Source: Paecilomyces variotii
Taxonomy: Eukaryota
Length of the DNA stretch: 64,000 bases
NCBI GenBank assembly: GCA_004022145.1
Contig: RCNU01000014.1
Strand: one strand, 5' to 3'
The first letter of the stretch is position 1. Each line of letters begins with the position of its first letter. A model generated the notes under the pieces. The model did no database searches. It was given only the letters and a program-made list of their open reading frames with translations, and was not told where the DNA came from. This document shows, one piece after another, positions 1 to 9,708 of the stretch. The position numbers and the translations under genes were made by a program.

Positions 1-1245
1 GGGGTTGAAGACCTGGGGCCTCAGCAGATAACTAGTGCTTGGGTACAAGAAGCTGCTGGCTTGACGCCGCAGCAGGTGTAGAAAATATTCGCTAATAAAA
101 TTAGTTAAATGCTATTATATATAATTGAGAAAACATACCTCGAATTGAGTCCGCTGAACGTTTCCCTGAATGGAAGACTTGCTGTATATAGATTGCAAGA
201 GCGGCCAGGGTAAAAGACTGTGCGTTTGTGGCTGCATCTTCTGGGGAGACTCGGCCCAATGTAAACACCACGCCTCTAGGTTTTCACTAACAGTATCGGT
301 TCTGGCATGCTTTATCCATTTGACGAGCCCTGTCCGCTGGTCCCACGCAACCACAGATCTTTATCAGCATATAACCGGGGCCTCGTGTCTGACCAGCCTG
401 CCTCGAGCACAATGAGTGGGATTTGCCTGCCAATAGGCATAATTTCCAGATCGGGCTCCTTGGTAGAGCCAGCATAAACGCCAGTAGAGTTAGTAAGTCC
501 TGATATGAAATGTTAGCTAAGAGTATACTACAGATAATCCATGACATAACTCACTGTCTCCCACAGCAGTGACAAGTGTTGCACTTTCTTTGGCCGTAAG
601 AAGTACCTGGACATAAGCCGCGTAGAGGCATAAATTGATCCATACCTGTGGGGTATTATGTATAGAGATTGGCATTCATTAGGACAAATGATAAGTGGCG
701 CGAGGGAGAATAATAACCATATCTTAGAGATCGTTTCTCGAACAGGCGGTCGATTTCATTGGAAACTTCAGACGTAGTGTCTGCGGTGATGTCTTCAAAT
801 TGCACTATTATCTAGTAACAGAATCAGGCGATTCAAAATTGTATGTGTCTCAGTGGGATATCTTTCGCGCATTATAAACTAATAGTGAAGTTGTATTAAG
901 CTGCACGAAGATAATATAGGAGTCTCCAGGATTGCAGAAGTAGTGTAATACTTTTATGCGGTATATGGTCTTCGAGGCAGCGTATGCAAAAGGTTAATGA
1001 CCGAACACTGAATATAATCAGTGGCATCGTTGGTTAAGAGAAATGACTAATTCAATGTCGAATAAGTATAATAGATCTTGATGAAACTGGGGATTATAAC
1101 TGATAGTCTTGATGCAGTTCAATAATAGGAAAAATCCAAATAAGTGTGGTTTCATGGGTAGGCAGCACAATACCACTAAGGATGACTTAATCAACGACAG
1201 CAGCTCTTGTAGTTATTTCAAGTCAGATCCATAGGGACTCTGAAT

Positions 1246-1530
1246 CTAGACTTGATAGGATTGAATATGATAGGGGAAAAAAGGTACTGGTGGCATATAA
1301 CGAAGAACTTTAAGCTGGAGAGGGGAAAGGGGAAGGATTTCGAGAAAGTTTTGGGGTAGTTTATGTTCTGCCGGCAAATCTATCCCTCCAGTTCCTCTTT
1401 TAGCAATGGACTTGTGCCACATGTTGTATTGGATCTGTTCTAAAGGGGTGAACGAGACGGTCAGACGGATACTATGGGCCGGTGGAATTGTGTCACCGAT
1501 CACCTGCCCGACATGAAAAGGGATGCGAGA
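1246..1530 (-). pseudogene. Gene fragment, possibly from a SNF2-like helicase, truncated at a solo-LTR-like element
   Basis: The minus frame reads SRIPFHVGQVIGDTIPPAHSIRLTVSFTPLEQIQY, which resembles the 'LPPK...V.LSP.Q...Y' linker after the SNF2 N-terminal lobe. It has no real start codon, and the resemblance stops at 1531. Confidence 0.3.
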
Positions 1531-1730
1531 TGTCAGAACAGTTGTGGGCGCCCGGCAAAAACACCTAGGCTATATGTACAGGCAGGAAAGGAAAGAAACC
1601 ACTTTCAGACGTCTATAATGAAGATATAGTCTCTAGCAACTAGCTCAGCCTATTTATCTCTGTGGGTGGGGGTAGAAAATGTGGGAGAAACCCGACAAGA
1701 GGGAGGCCTGCATGTAGGCAGGCTCCGACA
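1531..1730 (-). mobile_element. Solo-LTR-like remnant (200 bp)
   Basis: TG...CA ends with an imperfect terminal inverted repeat (TGTCAGAAC at 1531 vs GCTCCGACA ending 1730; 7/9 match, both mismatches are transitions). Internal TATA-like ATAAATAGG on the minus strand. No target-site duplication found. Confidence 0.5.
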
Positions 1731-2295
1731 TATACTACTAAATTAATGGGGCAAGCCCCTGGTCTACTAGTCAGATATAAGAGGTGGAAGAAGCTCGAAT
1801 GCCTATTCACTAGGAGCGGTAGCTGAGTACTTTTGCTAGGTAAGGTAGAACCCGGCCGTTGAGACCATTAACTAACGCAGGAACTACCCCTCCATCCGAC
1901 CTAGCATCTCAAACCTCCATAGTCACCAAATATGGGTATCGTATTAGCTCAGGGCATATGGTGCTAGAATAGGTAATCAGAATAGAGGGCGGCTAAAGAT
2001 CAAGTAAACTTTTCAAGTTGTAACTAGTTTATTCAACGGTTCCACAATCGAAGTTTCGCTCGATAGATTGCTCCATTCCGGTGTCATTCGCATCTACTGC
2101 ATTGTGACGCATCCAAGCACCAGGATATAACATGAAAAGATCTCGAATACTTGATTCGAGCCATATTGTTAATTTCAAGATCAGCTATCTAAGACCCTGG
2201 CCGGGTTAGAGGGAACTCAATGCGGGAGGTGTTGGAGATCGCGCTCCATAGGCGCAAAGAAGTCTCAAGAAAAGATAATCCAGCATCCCATCTTT

Positions 2296-3432
2296 TCACA
2301 GCATGGATTGAGTAGCGTCTCTTTGGCTTCTTCCGTATTTCTGATGACTCCTGGAGAACTCCCCGCATGCTACTGCAGCTGCACTGCTAAGATCTAGCGC
2401 GAGTGAGAAAGATGCTATCAGCCCGGCAAGGCGATGCTTGCTGCCAGGACCAGTGCAGCGAAGGAGCTCCAGAGCTTCTTTCTGTGTTGGATACGTTGTA
2501 CCACCACCGATAGTGCCAACAGGGAGGGACGGGAACAGACATGTGAGCTTCAACTCCTTCGTATCTGAATCGTACTCCACAGTCAGATGGTTCCCGGCAG
2601 CTTCTGCGACACTTGCAGCATCTTGACCGCAGGCAATGAACATAGCAGCAATGACATTGCTCATGTTCACGCAATATCCCACTTGACCGTTCCTATGCGC
2701 CCCCTCCTTGCCATTGAGGAGCACGCGGTACAAGTGGTCAGAACCGCATCCAAGGACTTTTCGGCACGCTGAATCCGAGATAGTTCCCCATGCTAGGACC
2801 TTGACACCGCGAGTTCGCATCATGTTTCCCGATGAGAGGTTCTTATCACTTCCTGTTTGGCCGACGATTGTGATATTTTGGAGATTCAGTGCCTTCGCGA
2901 GAGACGAAGCCCAGAACTTATCGCAAGCTGCCTGGGTAGCAACGGTGGCCATATTTTGGCCCGCCGCGTCGCCGCAATAATACTCAAAAATAACATGAAC
3001 AGTGGAACCCACAATATTGGGCACTGCACGTTGAAATTTCAAGTACTTGCTTGTCGACTCAGCGTCTCGTTTGAACTGGGACTGCAGGTCGGGGATCAAT
3101 TCAGCGAAACGAACCGCATCCGCGGTATTCGTGAACCAGAACACGGGGTCGCGAGACATAGCCTCATGAAGAACTTTGAACTGAACTCCTCCACAGAGGT
3201 TAAAAGTCTTACATCCGCGGGCACAACTAGCTACCAGTGTCCCTTCGGAGGTAGCCAAAGGGGCATAGAATAGCCCATCCGTATCGGCGCTTCCTCTGAC
3301 GCGGAGGGGACCGGCAATGCCAACGGGGACGCGAGTAAACCCAACACAGTTCTCAATCCTGATATTTCGAATCTCGTCATCATCAGCCCTGATGTGCTTT
3401 AGCTGTGACAGAACCTCAGCCGGGATCTTCAT
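2296..3432 (-). CDS. Soluble class I HMG-CoA reductase-like protein (378 aa, catalytic domain only, intronless)
   Basis: Motifs ENCVG, PLATSEGTLVAS, GDAAGQNM, SDK, ACGQDAA, GTIGGGT and C-terminal SHQKYGR. No N-terminal membrane/sterol-sensing domain. Confidence 0.92.
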   Translation of the reverse strand: MKIPAEVLSQLKHIRADDDEIRNIRIENCVGFTRVPVGIAGPLRVRGSADTDGLFYAPLATSEGTLVASCARGCKTFNLCGGVQFKVLHEAMSRDPVFWFTNTADAVRFAELIPDLQSQFKRDAESTSKYLKFQRAVPNIVGSTVHVIFEYYCGDAAGQNMATVATQAACDKFWASSLAKALNLQNITIVGQTGSDKNLSSGNMMRTRGVKVLAWGTISDSACRKVLGCGSDHLYRVLLNGKEGAHRNGQVGYCVNMSNVIAAMFIACGQDAASVAEAAGNHLTVEYDSDTKELKLTCLFPSLPVGTIGGGTTYPTQKEALELLRCTGPGSKHRLAGLIASFSLALDLSSAAAVACGEFSRSHQKYGRSQRDATQSML

Positions 3433-3938
3433 TGTTGGTGGGAAGTTCTTGTGAGCTGATGACGGATTTCACGAATATAGTAGAAAAACGAATATAATAA
3501 GTGCTTCATATAGGGCTATCAATACAGGATATTCTGACCTTTATATGGTTTATCTAATATGATGTATCTCATTCAGTCTGCTTCACATGTGTCCGTCTGC
3601 TCTGCTTCGGGCTTCGACGGATCACATCACGTCCACAGGTCAAAGCCCGAATGAATTTTACAGCTATTGGTTTTGGATTGGTCCAAGAGAACATCACCAG
3701 TTACAACTTTCCGAACTAATCCGGTATGAGAGTTTCAAGGGAGTGAAGATCGAAGTTTCCTGGAGCCCTCATAATCCTATGATAATGCACCGGCAGAGTG
3801 TAAGCCCCATCCTTAACCATGTTACGCCAGTTCGCCGAACTGCTCCACACATGTAGCCCGACAAGAGTAGCTAAATATTTAACCTTATCTGTTCAAGTGG
3901 GTGACTGCATTTGACTCAGGAATATCAGAACTTTCCGG

Positions 3939-4388
3939 CTAACAACCCCTGCCGGCACGCCTTAAACAGGCCCCCGGCCATATGGGAATCGAAGGCAACA
4001 GGACTGCCAATACACTCTCCAATAAAAGCGTCTTCTGCACCTCTCGATAAAAGGGCCGGAGTCCCTCCGGATAGTTCGTGGGATATAGACTGGCTATAAA
4101 GCAATGCTCGTGTGGAATGAGGGGCAAGTCTCCACTAAACTCTGCAAATGGTATAAATGCTGGGACTAATATTGCACTTACAAATTCAAGCTTCTTCCGG
4201 AGCTTGGTCTACACAACCCTGTCCTTTACCGATAGCTTACCCTTAGATTCTCCTGTAGGAATTCGAACTAGTATTGTTGCAATGTCCACGATAAAAGTCA
4301 CTAATTTTATTTGCTCATGCAAATGCCGTAAAAGCCTAGAACGGCTTATTCTCTGCTCCAAAGCATAATATAGCCTTAGCCAATGGTT
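3939..4388 (-). pseudogene. Decayed coding fragment of unknown family
   Basis: About 150 codons in one minus frame (WLRLYYALEQRISRSRLLRHLHEQ...PEGLRPFYREVQK...) with a single internal TAG at 4209-4211. No recognisable domain. Confidence 0.3.
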
Positions 4389-5030
4389 CTATCATCCTTT
4401 ATTCCTCTTTTTCAAGCAGGAGGTGCTTACTTACTTTTAATCCCTCGGTCCTAGGGAGTTCACAGGGTTCTTTAGCATTATAGAGTTCTACTCAAAACCT
4501 GCACCCGCTAAACCCAGGCAGGATGTCTAATATACTAGGGCCTGCCCGGAATAAGGTTTGGGTTGTAGATAAAGATTGTATGTGGATCACGTATCGTCTG
4601 GAATCGTCTTCTCTTTGACAGACAGCACCACTGTACGTGTCATATAAACGGTGTAAGGAGAAGAGCCTTGTCTTCCGATTGCGCAGTCACATTTGTGTTC
4701 TAATCCAGAATGGCTCCGTCTAAATTCAGCTACAACGATCGTGGATGATCTAGCAACCTCAATAGAGAACGGCAAATCTATATCCACCAGTACCGGCTTA
4801 TTGGGTTCTGCCGTGGTTTCGTAAGGCCTTGATGAGATAGGATGGTGCAATTGTAAGCAGACCTACATGAGCAATATGACTACTGGTCATAGAGCTCAGG
4901 TATTTAATGACGAGGTACGCACTAGTGGACAAATAAATCCGCCCTTGTGTATATCAAGATAACTAGATTGTCTTTTTACGTCCTCGACGTGAGTTCGTTG
5001 AAACAACGTTTATTATTATAACATTCAGCC

Positions 5031-6407
5031 ATGGCAACACTCACAGCAACTGTAGCGTCTCATGACCTTTCGCCAACTATATCGCTGACCGAAGAATCGA
5101 GTTCCAACAGTGCAGACGCCCAATTGAGTGACCTTTACGGAGACAAATTCGAATTCCCCGACTTCACCATCAAGCAGATTCGTGATGCGATCCCTCGTCA
5201 CTGTTTTGAACGTCCTGCCTTTACTTCGTTATATTACATGGCCCGCGATTGTATCGCGTTAGCTGTGGTCTTTGCTGTTTTCTATCGTTATAATACCCCT
5301 GATTTCGTGCCGTCTGCAACCGTGCGGTGCCTTTCGTGGATATTATACTCTACTATACAGGGCCTTTTGGGGACTGGGCTGTGGGTTATAGGCCATGAGT
5401 GCGGACATCAAGCTTTCTCTCGGTTCAAGGTTTTGAATGACTTCGTTGGCTTCGTCTGCCATTCATTCGTGCTTGTGCCATACTTCTCGTTCAAACTTTC
5501 CCACAGGCAACACCACAAAGTCACAGGAAATATCTCAAGAGATGTGGGGTTCGTCCCGATGACGAAAGAACAGTTCGCTTCTCATCTTCGCGTGACAGTG
5601 GACGAACTCAATGACCTGACGGAAGAGATCCCTTTCGTCACGGCTATCAACCTTCTTGGACAGCAGCTCTTTGGATGGCCGCTATATCTTCTCTGCAATG
5701 TGAGCTCTCACAATCACCATGAAAGCAAAAAGTCAGGCCGCGGAAAAGGAAAGCGCAATGGTCTCTTCGGTGGAGTCAACCATTTTAGCCCTTCCAGTCC
5801 CCTATTCGAAGCCAAAGACGCAAACGTGATCCTATTGAGCGATCTTGGCCTCTTCTTGATGGCAAGTTTTCTTGGTTATATCGGCTCCAGATTCGGCTGG
5901 TGGAATCTGTTCGTCTGGTATGGGTTACCATATATATGGGTGAATCACTGGATTGGTAAGTTATCGTGCAGCTGAATGATGATCACCACCATTAACGATA
6001 CGTTTTCAGCTGCTATTACGTTTCTTCAGCACACAGACGCTTTTGTCCCTCACTACGAACCTGAGGTGTGGAGCTTCTGCCGTGGAGCATGTTCTACTGT
6101 TGATCGTGACATGGGCTTCATTGGGCGTCATATTTTTCACAGGGGCACTGATACCCATGTGCTCCACCACTTCGTCAGCACCATCCCGTTCTATCACGCT
6201 GAAGAGGCAACGGAGGCGATTAGAAAGGTGATGGGCAGACACTACCGTAGATCTGATAATACTGGTTTGATAGGTTTCCTGAAAGATCTGTGGAAGAGCT
6301 ATCGCCTTTGTCAATGGGTCGAGCCTGTCGATGGTGCTGAGGGGGAAAATAAGGGGGTTCTCTTCTACCGCAGTCACAATTCCCCACCAGTTCCTCAACC
6401 GGAGTGA
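5031..6407 (+). CDS. FAD2/delta-12-type membrane fatty acid desaturase-family protein, divergent (about 440 aa; exons 5031-5955 and 6010-6407)
   Basis: His boxes HECGH, HRQHH and HVLHH; PDFTIKQIRDAIP N-terminal motif. The GTAAGT...CAG intron (5956-6009) joins NHWI-AAITFLQHTD in frame. Confidence 0.93.
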
Positions 6408-6497
6408 CGTTTTGATATTCCTGCCAGACGGGACAAGAATGATCATTATGGATTCCTGTCTCTGGCAATCATTTCTATCTGCTGGAATGTTCTAACT

Positions 6498-6677
6498 TGT
6501 AATAATGTTCGGGGACCTCCCTAAGTACCCTTAGGAATCCTGGAGAGCACGCTCCGGATATGGCATAGGTCAACCCACCGCGGGGTTTTTAGATAGCTAG
6601 GTAAAACAGCTACATAGGTGCTAAACTTGTCATTCATTCAGCATTGCAGCTTCGAGATAATGTGCTATCCCGTCACA
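6498..6677 (-). mobile_element. Possible second solo-LTR-like remnant (180 bp)
   Basis: TGTAATA...CGTCACA ends differ from a perfect inverted repeat only by transitions. It abuts a decayed minus-strand frame (6678-6910). No TSD. Confidence 0.25.
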
Positions 6678-7894
6678 TGTGAATCGATATGCTTTTTGAT
6701 AATATCACCGTCTGTCCTATAAGAAGGTAGTATCTGACGTCTCTCCGAACCATACTAAACAATGCTGCAGCTGGTGTACGTAGGTAAGATTTCCCCATGC
6801 ACATCAGCTGGGAGTGTATAACTATCTGCGAGAAATGCCGGTGCGCCAATGCTAAGCTTATGGAAAGGGTCCATGTGGCGGCCAATACCCATGAAGAAGC
6901 TATTCTCTAGGTAAGTAGTTCGCTGCTCCGTATTCTCAGTAGCGTCGATCGCTGGAAATTAGGCTTTTGATATTTGAAATATAACTAAGGCGGGCAGTGA
7001 GTTAGCGAATAATGTCCTATTTCATACCATCATGATGTTTCCATTGCTCACAAAAGTACTAATATAGAACAGAGAAGATCTAAAAGATCCGCCAATCGGA
7101 GCGTTATCATCATCCTTGTTCGCAGGAATTATCCCGAAATGGCAAGCTATCCGCCGTTACATTGATCTAAAGATTTTAGTAGCAATATAACTTATGATAT
7201 GTGAGGTCTGTGAACCTCGACCGCGTGCTTAATGGCGTAAACTCTTCTCTTCCTGCTAGATTTCCGCAGATCCCGTTCATGACGGTCGATGCTAGTCGAG
7301 AACTTTATCAAGACGAGCGATGTATACTCTTGATGGCGGGCTGAGCCTTGGCTATGCCTTTGACAAACGGCCGAATAGAATAACCGGTCTGCTCTATTTC
7401 AGTCAGCGACGTAATCATACTCTACTCTATACATACGTGTGTGGGTGTGAGTGGGCCATTTGGTATGAATATAGCTGACGCTTGGTTCTTTTTTGCTCAC
7501 TTCGAGCCCTCCTTCGGCCCATCTATAACCACCGCATTCGGTCGTAATTGATAGTACATTGTGACATATCAGATACAGAGCGATGATGAGGAACACCGTG
7601 GAATAGAGGTTACTTTCTGCTGTGAAGTCATCAGTCGGGAACCCAGCCGTGAGCAGTCGTAGTATACTACATGGTTATCGCCGTACGGTACTCCCTCTTG
7701 TCAGACACACCGTCTTGGAACTCTCAATTCCCTTCCGGCTGCAAATTCCCACCTGCACTCGAAGCAGCCAAAACATGGATTTCTTTGAAAGTTGCGGCTT
7801 TGGTGGGCTGCTCATACCACTCTTCGACACGCAGATAAGTCTCCTCTGCTCACTTTCATTTTCCATCATATCCTCCGGACCAATAGTTATAGAA

Positions 7895-9708
7895 ATGCTC
7901 TTCGGGTCTCAGCCCGACGGAGACATTTCTCTCTTTCATTCAGAAACCAGTACCCTTCTTCTTAGTAAGTCGTCAAAAAACAGACAGGACGAGATCTCGC
8001 TAGTGAAACTATGTCGAGATTCCATTCCCTCGAAATGCTCCCCTAATAAACTTCTCTTCAACGGCCATCTGCAAACAATCTGGACGGTTCTGAAATCCAG
8101 CCATGTTCCCGTATACTACAAGCGGAAAATATTCGAGTCGAACAACAGTCTCTATCCAGGTCAATTTGCAGTGGACTTCGTGGTTCCTCCCTACGATTCA
8201 TCATCAGATGATCCTGAAGTCATCGACGCTGCGAGGAAATACACCCTCCCTGATGGATTACCATCTCTGACGGGGCTTTTTACGCATAACGAGGCTCAAG
8301 GATTATCATCACAGGACTCCAAGCCGATGCTGGTCGTTCTGCATGGTCTTTGTGGAGGCTCTCATGAGGAATATCTCAGACATGTATTGGCTGCATTGAC
8401 AGCCGATGGTAGCTGGGAAGCATGTGTACTCAATGCTCGAGGCTGCTCTCAAACAAAGATTACTACCGGTGTACTCTACCATGCTGCGGCAACGTGGGAT
8501 TTACGACAGACCGTCGAATGGCTACGTGAAACGTTTCCAAATCGTCCTCTATTTGGTATCGGATTTTCACTCGGTGCAAACATCCTTGCTACGGTATGTC
8601 CTCTCGACAATGAACCAACTACGTACGTACGCTAACTCCCTCCCCTCTCCCCTGTAAAGTACTTAGGACAAGAACAAGAGGCCTCTCAACTTAAGGCAGC
8701 GGTATTCTGCGCAAATCCATGGAATATCGAAATCTGTTCTGTCAATCTACAAAATTCAAGAATCGGTCTTGGAATATACAGTAAAGCAATAGGTACAAGT
8801 ACAAGACGGCTTTTTGAACAGTACGTACTTATATTTCGACCCTCTTTCCAGTCTCATCATGAACTAAACAAAAACTGTCTTGTTAGACATTACTCAATCC
8901 TTTCCAAGAATCCACACATAGATATTGATGCAGCACGAACGATCGTCTACCAGCATGACTTTGACCGGTGCGTCGTGCATCCCCCCCTAAACCCCTCAAA
9001 CTGACGTTGAAAGATGTACACTGCTTACTGAACGGGTTTTAGAATCATACAATGCCCAACCTGGGGCTATCCAACAGAAAGAGCTTATTATCGAGACGCA
9101 TCTTGCGTTGATGCTATGCTAGCTATCAAAATCCCCTTCTTTGCATTAAACGCAGAGGATGATCCAGTTAAGTCTAACTTAGTCCATCACCCCCAAAATT
9201 CACAACCATCGGTAGGTAACTACTTATCGCACAAGACTAACAGACAGACATCAAATAGATCGCTACTCGTCACGCAATCCCATATCAGGAATTCAGAAAA
9301 ACGCCCTACGGAGTCCTGGTCACTACACCGTGGGGTGGACATCTTGGTTGGTTTGAACGTAATGGCGAGAGATGGTTCGTTAAACCTGTAAGTTACCTAG
9401 TTACCTACCTAAAGTATCTAAGGTTTTTGGAAAAATCATTCTCGCATAAGCGTTCGTCTGCCGATTGATGACTAGCTGACAGATAAATCGATGACTAGGT
9501 GTGTAATTTTCTTAATAAGATGGCGAGTGAAATCGATCTTGAGTCGCCGTTGGTTATACGAAAGTCCGGGCGGGAATCTGGCAAATCGCTTGCTTTGGTT
9601 GGGAAGAAGAAGAAGAAGAACTTGCACGTGGGACCCAAGCAGGGGGTTTTTGATCCTATGAGGCGAAAATTACTGCCGCCAGGTTCTGAACTTAAGGATG
9701 CAAGTTAG
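7895..9708 (+). CDS. EHT1/EEB1 (ABHD1/3, YheT)-family alpha/beta hydrolase: acyl-CoA:alcohol acyltransferase/esterase; 6 exons
   Basis: FNGHLQT, HGLCGGSHEEY, NARGC, nucleophile GFSLG, acid NAEDDP and His GGHLGWF. Manual splicing over five GT-AG introns (first donor at 8594) gives an uninterrupted frame to TAG at 9706-9708. Confidence 0.9.

Noticed and set aside
147-638. Protein-like plus frame (ESAERFPEWKTCC...EHNEWDLPANRHNFQIG) suggesting a RIP-mutated gene
   Set aside because: About 9 stops in about 164 codons is close to random expectation and no domain is recognisable; it needs BLASTX support.
4443-4448. CCTCGG (FarA/FarB fatty-acid regulator site) between the reductase and desaturase
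   Set aside because: A single 6-mer in 1.6 kb is expected by chance.
7622-7894. N-terminal extension of the hydrolase ORF in the ORF track
   Set aside because: It starts at GTG and has no family resemblance; ATG 7895 fits better, though ATG 7775 cannot be excluded.
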